Assembly: GCF_001194135.2 (NCBI RefSeq)
Contig: NC_068995.1
Span: 16,365,019 to 16,413,929, forward strand
Direction of reading: 5' to 3'
Length of the DNA stretch: 48,911 nt
Source: Octopus bimaculoides
Lineage: Eukaryota
Position 1 is the stretch's first letter; each line of letters starts with the position of its first letter. The notes under the pieces are model-generated. The model did no database searches. It had not been told where the DNA came from and worked only from the letters and a program-made list of their open reading frames with translations. Below, piece by piece: positions 14,427 through 26,353 of this stretch. Both the position numbers and the translations under genes were made by a program.

Positions 14427-14866
14427 CATACATACATACATATATACACTATATGTATAAGGTCCAGAATGAATGGATGTATGTGTATTCAGACACTGTA
14501 CTCTAATGTTTGAGACAAAAATAAGAAATAAAAGATAAAAATGAATAAATAATAGAGTAAGAAATTTCTGACTATTGTACATAAAAACTGGGCAACTGAT
14601 TTTCAAGAGGTACAATGTGTCTGTGGCCAAGCTCATCATCAACAACTTAATGTCAATCTTTTGTGCTTGCATGGGTCAGGCAGTATATTGAGGCAGATTA
14701 TTGATGCCTGGGTGCCCTTCCTGTCACCAACCCTTGCCTGTTTTCAAGCCAGTTAATATTTCCCCATGGCCAGATATGTTTATGTAGAATGTCGGGAATG
14801 AGTAACACTGTTATTCAGTGACATCCATCTAAAAGTATGATGCACTGTTGAAAAGTGAAGGTGTGC

Positions 14867-14916
<50 letters not shown>

Positions 14917-15388
14917 ACACACACACACACTCACACACACACACAGATTCACACGCGTATGCATGCACATGCACACATGCACTCCCATATACACACAGAC
15001 GTGATGGGAATCTTTCAGTGTACCAAATCCATTCACAAAGCTCTGATCAGCCCAAGTCCATAGTTGAAGACATTTGCCCAAGTTGTTGTGCAGTGGTACT
15101 GAATCACAAACTGGGGTCAGGAAACAATCTTTTTATCACACAACCAAGTCTGCATCTGTGCAAATTTTTTTTTTTTTTTTAAATCCAGAATTGTTGTCTT
15201 CCTAGACGTATTTGGCTAATCTGTATCTTGTGGCATACACATCTTGCCCATACAGAACTCCATTTGCAGCTACTTCTCTTACAGTTGGGTTGCCATATTC
15301 ACAATGCCGACTGAATGTTTTCCATTTGTAATTCTGATTGTACTGTCTGTAATATTGTCAGTAATGTTTACTTTATATTTTCACGTAG

Positions 15389-15499
15389 GAAACAAATTTT
15401 CCCAAGTGGCAGATGGTATGTGAGAAGATATTTATCAACGGCCAGGTGATGTCTGTTTGGTCAGTATTTTTGCAGCCCCAGTTTGTTGACAGAATAAAA
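15389..15499 (+). CDS. COG1: COG1 internal coding exon (3rd)
   Basis: Acceptor ttttcacgtag|, donor AAA|gtaagt, 111 nt, phase 0/0. Encodes ETNFPKWQMVCEKIFINGQVMSVWSVFLQPQFVDRIK, resembling COG1 SWDVLCRRLLEKPLLFWEDMMQQLFLDRLQ. Missed by the ORF track. Confidence 0.88.
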
Positions 15500-16037
15500 G
15501 TAAGTAATTTCTTTGTTTCATTTAATTAGAATAAATATATTTTCTTTGTGGCCTTCATACTTCTTTTCTGTTTTCCTTTTTTCCTTTTGCATTTGTTATT
15601 TTCTTAATACCAATGTTCTGTATTCTATGAGGAAAGTCATCATGGTTTGAGTATGAGTTTGGCTGGCCATAAATGCAGGCATGGCTATGTAGTTAAGAAG
15701 CTTGTTTTTCAACCTCGTTGTTACAAGTTCACTTTGGGCAAGTATCTCTCACTGTGGCCCTTAGTCAACCATTGCTTTGTGAGTGAATTTAGTACACAGA
15801 ATCCGAAAGAAGCTTGTTGTGTGTGTGTCATCATCATCACCGTCATCATCATTTAATGTCCTTTTTTTTATGGTTGGACAGTTTGACGGAGGAACTGGCA
15901 AGCTGGTGAGTTGCACCAAGGTCCAGTTGTCTGTATTGGCAAGGTTTCTATGGCTGGATAGCACAGAGATACCACCTGCTTTATTGCATGCATTGGGTAC
16001 TTTTTACATGTCACCAGCATGAGTGTGTGTATATACC

Positions 16038-16423
16038 TTTTTTTTTGGCACTCCGTCGCTTACGACGTCGAGGGTTCCAGTTGATCCAATCAACGGAACA
16101 GCCTGCTCGTGAAATTAACGTGCAAGTGGCTGAGCACTCCACAGACACGTGTACCCTTAGCGTAGTTCTTGGGGATATTCAGCGTGACACAGTGGGACAA
16201 GGCTGGCCCCTCTGAATTACAGGCACAACAGAAACAGGAAGTAAGAGTGACAGAAAGTTGTGGTGAAAGAGTACAGCAGGGTTCACCACCATCCCCTGCC
16301 GGAGCCTCGTGGAGCTTTAGGTGTTTTCGCTCAATAAACACTCACAACGCCCGGTCTGGGAATCGAAACTGCGATCCTATGACCGCGAGTCCGCTGCCCT
16401 TACCACTGGGCCATTGCGCCTCC
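16038..16423 (-). mobile_element. Young tRNA-derived SINE (octopus OR-type likely), family D variant
   Basis: Minus strand GGAGGCGCAATGGCCCAGTGG (A box)...GTTTCGATTCCC (B box), A-tail (poly-T 16038-16046 on +), CpGs retained; gtgtatatac on both flanks may be a TSD. Confidence 0.8.
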
Positions 16424-16432
16424 TCAGTGTAT

Positions 16433-16496
<64 letters not shown>

Positions 16497-17475
16497 AAGA
16501 CAGAGAGACAGAGTGTCTTTGTGCCTGTGTTCATTCTGCCACCACTGCTTGAGAACCACTGTTGCTTTGTTTACATTCCTGTAACTTAGTGTCCTGGCAT
16601 AGAGATTGAGGGCATAAGTACTAGACTAAAAAAAAAAGTTATGGCATGAATTTGTTTGACTGAAGCCCTGTGCCCCGGCATGGCCACAGTCCAATCACTA
16701 AAAGAAATTAAAGATATAAGATAAAACTGTTATAGTAGTGTCATTTCTCTACATTCTTGCAGATTTAGAGTCAGAAATGTAAATCTCTGTAATATTTTAT
16801 CCAATATGTCCTCTTGCTCCCACTAAAAATTGGCCATATTCCTAAAACAACAAATAATAATTTTCCAGTTTGATTGCAGCTATCATAAATCTCTACTTTA
16901 TCTTCTACATAATTCTTTGCAAATTCTAATTTATTCTTATCTTATTCCTTTTCATACCAGTATTTGAAAATCTGATCTCAAATTCTTTCCATGTTATGTG
17001 CAAAAGCTGTGGCTTCTGATACCCCTCTACACCTCCCATGCGACACCAAACTTTTGTTTTTCTCATGAAAAGCTAGCATTATAAGCTCCATGGTAGGTTA
17101 TAGGGATGGAAACAAACCAGCACTGGTTGTCAAGAAGTGATGGGGGAACAAACACACAAATGCACACACACACATAACAGGCTTCCAAAATTTCCATCTC
17201 TCACAAAACCTTGCTTGTCTCTGGGTTAAGACATTACCCCTAGGTGCCTTGTAGTGAGACTGAACCCAAAACCATGTTGCTGCCAAGCAAGCTTCTTAAC
17301 CACAAAGCCATACACATTATTATTGAAGTTTGGTCATATTGTCTGCAACTACATCGAAACTGTTTTGAATAGTTAAAATATTTCTTTTCTTCCTACGACA
17401 ACACATTTAAAGAAGACAATATTTGTTATATAACAAGTGTAAGCAGCTGAAATTTATGAATGAAAAATATATATT

Positions 17476-17526
<51 letters not shown>

Positions 17527-18280
17527 CTCTTATATTTTGAATACTTTTTTTTTAAATACAATATAATGGCTTCTGAGTTAACAAGTTACACTTATGAGTA
17601 AACAAACTTGGGATATTAAACTTCCGAGAGGGCAGCATTCTGATACCGCTCTCTACCTGTCTGTCTGTCCGTTTTTTTTTACACTCCCCCCCATCTTTGT
17701 TTGAGTACATCTCAATGCTACAAAAAAGTGTTAGTTGTGTGCAGAAAATGTGACAGGAAGCAAGTAAAAAGATTGTTTGATGGTTTCTTTTTGTGAGTTA
17801 TGTAACTTTAAGTCCAGTCTGTTGTAAGCATTCAAGCCACATCTCCCATTTAAAGACGACTTCATGCACCCCACACAGCCATCTCAGTGGGTTCAATAAA
17901 AAGTCATGGACTCTATCCTGTGCCACCAAAGTAGAGTAATTTTATTTTCTGAATATATATCGAATTTTTGAAGTTTTAGTACTGTTAGAAATTTCTTAAA
18001 CATTAGAACCACAAAGTTGAATAGTCAGAGGTCTTAATTAACGGAAACTGTGTAGACGTGATCAAAATAATTTATGTTTGCAATTGGCTAATTCTTGTAA
18101 TGTTTAAGGTAAAATGGTACAGGATGGTGCTACAAGCAGGCAAATTTATAAAATAGCTGTTGATGAAATGATGAAAAGAACAGGATTGATTTAGTTGAGC
18201 AATGGTACTGAAAGCAGACAAATTCTTTGAGAAGTGCATAAGGCAGTGACATGGCATAAATGGTTTCATCTGTTCATGGT

Positions 18281-18455
18281 GCCAGTATGTGTAGTTAAGA
18301 AGCTTGCTTTACAACCATGTGGTTTCTAGTTTAGTCTCACTTTGTGGCACCTTGGGCATAATGTCTTCTACTATAGCTTTTTCAAGCTTACCAATACTTT
18401 GTGAGCGAAGTTGTTAGATGGAACTCTATGGAAGCTTGCTGTGTATGTATATGTA
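18281..18455 (+). mobile_element. SINE family B head, runs into N gap
   Basis: gtagttaagaagcttgct...caccttgggcataatgtcttctactatagc...gtatgtatatgta followed by Ns. Confidence 0.7.
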
Positions 18456-19071
18456 NNNNNNNNNNNNNNNNNNNNNNNNNNNNNNNNNNNNNNNNNNNNN
18501 NNNNNNNNNNNNNNNNNNNNNNNNNNNNNNNNNNNNNNNNNNNNNNNNNNNNNNNNNNNNNNNNNNNNNNNNNNNNNNNNNNNNNNNNNNNNNNNNNNNN
18601 NNNNNNNNNNNNNNNNNNNNNNNNNNNNNNNNNNNNNNNNNNNNNNNNNNNNNNNNNNNNNNNNNNNNNNNNNNNNNNNNNNNNNNNNNNNNNNNNNNNN
18701 NNNNNNNNNNNNNNNNNNNNNNNNNNNNNNNNNNNNNNNNNNNNNNNNNNNNNNNNNNNNNNNNNNNNNNNNNNNNNNNNNNNNNNNNNNNNNNNNNNNN
18801 NNNNNNNNNNNNNNNNNNNNNNNNNNNNNNNNNNNNNNNNNNNNNNNNNNNNNNNNNNNAAACGATGATGATGATGATGATATATATACGCCAGTGTTAT
18901 AATGGTGGCAGCTGATGAAGGAAATGTTCTCTATGTGGCCTGTGTGTTTTCTGTACCTTGTTTATCATTTTGTCCATGTTTTTTTTTGCAATGTCATGTA
19001 CCCAGATATGCATCTATATGTACATGTAGATGAAGGTATGTACATACATGTACATATATATGCATATACTC

Positions 19072-19105
<34 letters not shown>

Positions 19106-19374
19106 ATGATTGTCCCTTGCCACCACTTGACAGCCACTGCTGGTTTGTTTCCATCCTCATAGCTTAGTGATGCAACACAAATGACCAATAGAATAAGCAT
19201 GAAACTTAAACATAGTTGCTGGTGTTGATTTCTGCAGCTAAATCTTTGAAGGCATGACTCTGCATGGCCATTGACCACTCATTGAAGTAAGTAGAATACA
19301 AATGACAATGTGATAAAAAATTTAATTATAAAATGGCAAGAGAATAATAATAGTAATTGGAAGTTGTTATTATT

Positions 19375-19790
19375 GAGCCTTTGGATCAGCTTTGGCTAGA
19401 GTAGCCCTATCCTCAAAAGCATTCCATTCATGACAAACTCATCCTTTACTTGAGCATTGTATATCTAAGTGCACATTATATAGTGTTCCTTCTTTTTCAA
19501 AATGCTGCGTGTAATTTAAGTGAAACTTTAGCTACTATTTCTAGCAGATAGAGTGACCATGTACTAATTGATAATTAATTGTTGGCATTGTTTAGCCCAA
19601 GGTTAGCTCTGACTGAGCAAACCTATAATATAAAGCACACCATTCTGTCACTCCTACAGGCATTGCATATCTAGGACTACATTATCCAGTGCGCCCTTCT
19701 CTTTTTAAGATGGTTGGTAGATGTAAGTTAATGAAGTTTTAGTTCCTATTTCTTTCGGCTTGAATGGCTACCTAAAGGCTCCCTTGTTGG
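19375..19790 (+). repeat. Two tandem degraded copies of an interspersed repeat (family F)
   Basis: Both carry ...tatctaa/ggactacattat(c/a)...tttaagatgg/ctactatttctagcag motifs. Related copies near 31230-31380, 31740-31920, 38430-38600(-), 41240-41420, 41600-41740(-). Confidence 0.5.
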
Positions 19791-20574
19791 TTCCAGTAAT
19801 AACAGGTATTACACTGTGTTGATAGAACGTACAGGAGGGAGCAGGAGGAAAAGGTTTTTTTTTTTCTGTTTTAGCCCTTTTTGTTGTGTGCAAGTACTAC
19901 CAGAGTTGATTTTGTTTGCCCTTCATCTCTCCAAAGCCAGCGAAATAAGTACCAAGAAAATATTGTGGTCACTGTTTCAATTGATGATAAATAATTTCTC
20001 TGGTTTTGTGCTTAGTGAGAAGAAATCAATTTAAATTTGTGAAACAAGTTCTTCTTGACTGAGAAACATTAAAAAGGAAATGAAATAATAATGGAAATAT
20101 ACAGAAAGTTTTGTAGTATATAACACTTTGAATGTTAGTAATAAAGAAAAGGGATGTATTATTTTGTGGCTGAAGTTTTCTGTATGACTGAAGAAGGAAA
20201 TATACACAAGGCTGATAGAAATATTGGTAGGAAAGAATTTCAAATGGAATAAACTATAGTAACTTGGCTGTGAGGTATGAAAGCGATGGAAATATTTTGT
20301 GAAATATTGTTTTTGCTGTTTATTTCTAAGTCAACCTCTGTGCAGCAGATTACCATTGATTTGGTGCCTTTTTTGATGGCATATGCAACTATTTGTTCAA
20401 CTTATATTTTATCATACTTTCATTAGTTCAACCAGTATGGTACCAACAGCCAACTCTTATCTGGCTGGACTCCATCTTCCTTCATTTGATGTTGGATTGG
20501 AGGTATCTGGTCTTTTTGTCTGTGCCCCATTTTATTGATGTATATATATATATATATATNNNNNNNNNNTATTG

Positions 20575-20604
<30 letters not shown>

Positions 20605-20605
<1 letters not shown>

Positions 20606-20845
20606 GCACCATCCGAGCGTGATCATTGCCAGGGCTGCTGACTGGCTCCCATGCCGGTGGCACATATAAGCACTGACTACACTCTCGGAGTGGTTGGCGT
20701 TAGGAAGGGCATCCAGCTGTAGAAACTCTGCCAGATCAGATTGGAGCCTGGCGCAGCCGTCTGGCTTTCCTGTTCTCAGTCAAACTGTCCAACCCATGCT
20801 TGCATGGAAAGTGGACGTTAAACGATGATGAGCGATGATGATGAT
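20605..20845 (+). mobile_element. (GAT)n-tailed retroposon family C
   Basis: ggttggcgttaggaagggcatccagctgtagaaac...gcatggaaagtggacgttaaacgatgatg. Other copies near 3058-3313(+), 6400-6700(-), 11720-11920(+), 12390-12560(+), 13000-13195(+), 14620-14830(-), 15830-16020(-), 27820-27990(+), 29920-30120(+), 34910-35130(-), 35875-36036(-). Confidence 0.75.
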
Positions 20846-22494
20846 ATATATATAAATATATATTAAAGGCACTCTGTTTATGACTATCTTGTGCAATGTG
20901 CTTAGGGATAAACACATTAGTTTTATAAAACAGTTGTGTATATTTATATTCTTTTAGAGAGATTTCACTACTATTCTTGTAAATGGATTGACCAGGTAAA
21001 GATTTTGAGTAGAGTTGGCATTGGCTTGAGAGAACCTTTATGTCTTGTTGAGGGCATTTAAAACTCTTTAGTGCAGGTGCCATCATTGGATGCATACATC
21101 TAGAACACTCTGAAAAGTGGTTGATGATGACAAGGGTATCCAGCTGCAGAAAACAAGCTAAAAAAGGAAACCATGCGAGTGAGATGTGGCTCCCTCACCA
21201 GTCCAAGTCTGGATAAGAACAGTCTCAAACTGTGATGACTCACCCAATACATGCTAGCATAAAAAAAAAAACAGCTATGAAATATCAATGATGGCAGTGG
21301 CAGAGGTGGTGGTTTGTGGTGGTGGTGATGGAAAGTTAAGTGAGATGTTTTTAGTGTAACTAAAATATATTTTAGCAGGGGTGGAAATTTCTTGTGGAAT
21401 ATAAGTAAAACATTAGTCAAAGAGTATGAAAATAGCTGAAATTTTCTGCTGAAAGGAGTGAAAGTTGAACAAGCAAGTTCAACTGATTGGAGCCATTTCA
21501 AAGAGTTAATCTCATTTACAACACTTTGACACCAACTGACATGTCGGTAGATTTAGACAGAAGCTGACCTGTAGTGGATTTTAATGATAGCGCTTAATAG
21601 AATGACTAAGGATTGGATAGAGGCCAGTTCAGTTAGAATTCTTTTCTATTGCTCCAAATGTATTTTAGGTGCAGTGTTACTGCATATCATTTTGGTATGA
21701 AAGCTTAATAAAAGATTTCATCAGTTACTGACAATGATAAACCTATTTGGGAAAAGCTGGTAAAAAGGCCAGAAAACCCAGCTGATCTCTCTGATAAAAT
21801 CCATTGTAGAATGTGTATCAGTTACAGTAAGATTAATTTGACACTTGTATCAATATACCATTGAAAAATTGGTCCCAGTCCAAAATTCATGGACATTGTG
21901 TGAAATATGAAAAATGCTGAAATAACTTCATCATAAATATGTTTTAGCTCAGAAAGGTTTTGTTTCCATACTAGGATGTGGAATTGTAGAGATATTCTTC
22001 TTACAGCCAGTTTCACTTGATGTCACTTTTGGCATTCTTTATGCTGTTTGGACAGAATCCTGGCTGATACTTTTATGCCAACTAATTCCTCTAGTTTATC
22101 CACTGTTTTTATTTGAAGTAGATGCTTTATAAAATAGCCTGTGATTGCAATAGAACTATATGAATATATAAGACTGACGGAAACAAATAAAGTTGTGTAG
22201 CTGTTTGTCTCACTTTTTTTCTGTTATTTTGTTTAAGTAAGAAGTTTCTCTAGATATTGAAATATGTATTTACTCTAATTATATTGAACTAAATTAGAAT
22301 AACTGTATGTTATATACATATATGTGTGTGTATATATATATCTATATATATATATATATATAGATATGCAGGGCAGGGAATCATCAATTAGTAATAAAAT
22401 TAATAATTAACAATTCTGCCGGGTAGCTCAGTATGAAAAAAACCTTCTTCGGTAAAATTTATAATCATAAATATATAGGGATTGACAGTAACCT

Positions 22495-22650
22495 GCTTCT
22501 CCAACATACTGAGAATTCAGAAATAGCAGTCAAAGAACTACTGATTTCAAAACTACAAATTATTACTCCAAATCTGGAGTAATAATTTGTAGTTTTGAAA
22601 TCAGTAGTTCTTTGACTGCTATTTCTGAATTCTCAGTATGTTGGAGAAGC
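22495..22650. repeat. Perfect palindrome (76-bp arms, 4-nt loop) abutting an N gap
   Basis: 22495-22570 is the exact reverse complement of 22575-22650; loop AATC. Confidence 0.9.
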
Positions 22651-22774
22651 NNNNNNNNNNNNNNNNNNNNNNNNNNNNNNNNNNNNNNNNNNNNNNNNNN
22701 NNNNNNNNNNNNNNNNNNNNNNNNNNNNNNNNNNNNNNNNNNNNNNNNNNNNNNNNNNNNNNNNNNNNNNNNNN

Positions 22775-22808
<34 letters not shown>

Positions 22809-23307
22809 TATAGTTTCAGCTTAGAGCTGCGGCCATGCACATACACATATACACAAACACACACATATCCCAAACACAAACTGAAATGTGTCAAATGTAC
22901 TTTTGTTTATAATTTGCCTATGAGCATGATGAGGCATAGTTATGCAGTTAAGAAGTTTGTTTTTCAAAAAGCCTCTTTCCCATGGATGATCAAATTCATT
23001 GATTTTATTGGTGACTCAGTCTATCTTAATCTATGTGGTGTATCTACCAAATTCACTCGCAAGTCATTGCATAAGCCTGTGGCTATAGTCGAAGTCACCT
23101 ATCCAAGGTGCCTTGAACCCAAAACCCCATGGTTGCAAAGCATGCTTCTTGATCACACAGCCATGCCTGTATTGAAGAGTTTTTTTCTGTTTTCTTTCTT
23201 ACAGTTTTATACAATATTAAACTTTTTAGACACCTTTATATAATTTACATATCACTCACTGAATTATTGAATTTTAAGTATCCAAATTCCTATTCTTTGT
23301 TCTCAAG

Positions 23308-23399
23308 AGCTTGATTCAATACCAGCTGGATTCTACGGCTGAACTAACTAAGCGTCATCTTTCCAAAGTTGTCATGGAACTAGCCAGCCCAGATGAAAG
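23308..23399 (+). CDS. COG1: COG1 internal coding exon (4th)
   Basis: Acceptor ttctttgttctcaag|AGC, donor AAG|gtaagt, 92 nt, phase 0/2. Encodes SLIQYQLDSTAELTKRHLSKVVMELASPDE(R), resembling COG1 TLTKEGFDSISSSSKELLVSALQELES. Confidence 0.85.
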
Positions 23400-23812
23400 G
23401 TAAGTTTCTTTCTACCTCTCTTTCTCTATTTTAACTTCTTCTTGCAACTGTAACTGAGACGCATTTTACCATACTGTGCCAGGAATCTCTGGTACCCAAT
23501 AACTTTGGTAGATCCTCAGTTCTATGTTGTGTATCTCTGTGAATAGCATCAATTTATTTGAGGTGTCTTAATCCTCAATCAGAGTGTAGCAGTCTCCAAA
23601 ATATAAGTGAAATGAAGTTAATATTTAGACATGGATGGTTTTTCATCTTGGTATATGATTAATTGACATTACTGTATGAACCTTAATACATTAGTTTAAT
23701 CTGAGAATTAATCATGTATCTAAATTTCCCCCTTCTTTGAGCCTTTGACTCTTGAGCGTCTCATAAAGCGAGATTTCTATACATCTTAAATTTGCAGAAG
23801 AATGTGTGGTGT

Positions 23813-24060
23813 GGGCAGTTTAGCTTAATTGGTCTAAGAGCACCGCAACGCATAATCACGGAGGTGTGAGTTCGAGTCTCATAGCTGACCACCAACATTT
23901 TTTTCTGCAAAATAAGGGTAGCTTATCCTGTTCAGGCTATATTATTAGCATTATTTTGCATTTGAGAATTTAAAAATCATTTCTTTAACTTTCTAAGACA
24001 TCTCAACGGTTCTAAAAGCAAACATCGTTTGTTTGTTTATGTTTATCGTAATTTGAATTT
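23813..24060 (+). mobile_element. SINE with tRNA(Met, CAT)-like head and encoded CCA
   Basis: Cloverleaf-like 23813-23894: D arm GCTT/GAGC, loop CG-CAT-AA, T arm GTGAG-TTCGAGT-CTCAT, ends A-CCA. The body recurs reversed at 33270-33473 and 7950-8110, so it is a repeat, not a functional tRNA gene. Confidence 0.7.
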
Positions 24061-25154
24061 AACATAGAAACACGATTGTGATATACAGTTTGTCTTGGGT
24101 ATTTAAACCAAGAAGAGCCAATCATTTTCCATATCTTACTTTAGCTGATTTCATCCACAGAGAAAAGAAAGAATTAATATAAATATTTATATATTATTCT
24201 TAACACATGAGTCAGATGGAAAATGTGCTAGGTGCTGTTGTGCATGTTCTAGGAGAGTAACCTCTCCTTTTTATGACAACAGTGTTTAACACACCCATTT
24301 CATTGGTACATGACATTCTGGGACACTGGTGTTTTATCATGTGTCTCATCAGCCAGAAGTAGCTGCATTTTGAGACTATCTAAAGTTGCTGGCTTTGTTT
24401 ATACTTTCAGTGAACAATTTGTTTGCTGATCAGTGCTTATATCTGCTAACTGATAAAAATCATTATTTGCACTGTCTATACTGAGATCTGGAATGACTAT
24501 TGGGAAATTTATTCTTAACATGTCTAGGCAAGTTCAGACACAAAATATGTTAGGTGCTGTAATGTATGTTTTAGGAGAATAACTTTCCTTATTTATGACA
24601 AAAGATATAAACAACAAAGGAATCAACTTCTAATCTGGGTTGGTACTTACTTTATCAGTTCTGAAAGAATCTAAGGTAAAGCTGAGATTTTAATTTAGAA
24701 CACCGAAAACCAGAAAGAATACTGCAAGGTAGTCTGTCTGATGTCATAACAACACTGACAAGTTGCTCCCTCTGGCCAAATTACATACTTGTAAAACTAT
24801 GATCTCTAAAGCTAGGAAGGAATGAAGTTGGTCATCAACTGAACTCTAATCTGTTTTGCATAGCACTTTCTCGAATGTTTTTGATTATAGGTCAGCTCTA
24901 TCTTGACCGGCCTAGAGTTAATTAATAGTTATAACTGGAAACTATGTTTCTGTGAAGTCGTTTAGCACTTCATGTGTGTATGGGGTGTCACTTCAGGTTT
25001 TCACAGTCTGCCTTCAACTGGTGTGTGATTTATGCTCAAGTTCAATGACAATGACAAGTTCCTTAATTCCTTGGAGGTCGTTGGGACACTGCAGCCGTGC
25101 AGTGTATCAAGGGTGAGAAAGCCTGGTGGAGCCCATCCCTCTCCAGGCTAAATT

Positions 25155-25452
25155 CACTTCTACAGCTGAGTGGACTGGAACAACATGAAATGAAGTGTTT
25201 TGCTCAAGAACACAACAAATTGCCCAGTTCAGGGATTGAAATCTCAATCTTACTGTCATGAATCCAACACCCTAACCACTTAATGACATGCCTCCACTTG
25301 TGGTACGCATTTCTACAGCTGACTAAACTGGAGTAATGTGAAGTGAAGTGTTTTGCTCAAGAACACAACGCATCGCCCGGTCCAGGAATCGAAACCACAA
25401 TCTTACAGTCAGGAGACTAACACTCTAACAACTAAGCCATGCTTCTCCACAT
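25155..25452 (-). mobile_element. Two tandem CORE-like SINE head/core fragments
   Basis: Units 25155-25300 and 25308-25452 each read ttctacagctga...gaagtgttttgctcaagaacacaac...ctaaccact/ctaagccatg. Confidence 0.65.
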
Positions 25453-26322
25453 GCTGAAACTCACACTCATATGAAGGATCAGAATAATGTTGCTGTTGCT
25501 TAGCGCCAGCAAACTGATAAACAAAGGCATTGCAGCTGTAGCAATTCCGTCTCTTTTTTCAGAAGCAACATATGTTGGGTCACATTATCAATTTATCCCT
25601 GTATTTTGAAATCAGTAGGGTGTGATTTGAGGAAACTTTTGGTGCAGTTTCATCACATTTACATTCCCAGTAAACATCAAATCCCTTAGCTTGGCTCTCT
25701 AGAAATAACAGAGCAAAAAATCCTTTACTTGAAAGCAAAGATGTTGAAAAAAGGAAGAGCATCCAACAATAAAAATGTTCCCAGAAATATATAACCATCT
25801 ACCCTTTGCCAGCAAAGATGGGAACAAATGAGCGCGTTGTTTTCTGTTGTCTGCAACTTGCTCTAGAATTTTGATCTGTTGAGTTGAATAGTCAATTCAT
25901 ACCTTTTCATATTAGACTCTCTTTCAATCTGTCTCTCTCTCCCCCTCTCTCACTCTCTGTCTCTGCCTGTCTCTCTCTAGTTGACAAAGTGTTAAATATT
26001 TAAAACACTCAACAGAAATATTATTAAGTCTTGTCTCGTTTAATGCTTTATCATTTGAGAAGCGAAAGGTGAAGGGCTGGAGAATGTTGTAATTTTTGTA
26101 AAGTGTAGCCCTCTCCAGAAGATATTGCTGACTCATAAAATTAACTCATTTTTAGATCCTTGTTGAGATAATTGGTTTATTTTGCTTTTGTTGGTAGGGT
26201 TTTTTTTCCTCCACCATTCTTTCTTTCTATCTTGCAAAAATTTTAAAACAGAATATTTTTTTCACTTTTATATATTTATTTTTGTTTATTTTTATATTTA
26301 TTTTATGTATTTATTTATTCAG

Positions 26323-26353
<31 letters not shown>

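Noticed and set aside
18401-18915. Long ORFs made of X residues (also 2072, 8074, 10202, 14014, 22638, 35307)
   Set aside because: Artefacts of N runs.
18911-18945. gctgatgaaggaaatg... hammerhead-like start
   Set aside because: CTGATGA is present but no helix II closure or GAAA follows.
21669-21830. Candidate exon after tattttag with gtaaga donor
   Set aside because: Frames contain stops and no COG1 segment is missing here.
23813-23894. Functional tRNA-Met gene
   Set aside because: Broken anticodon stem, G33, acceptor mismatch, and a body shared with other dispersed copies indicate a SINE head.
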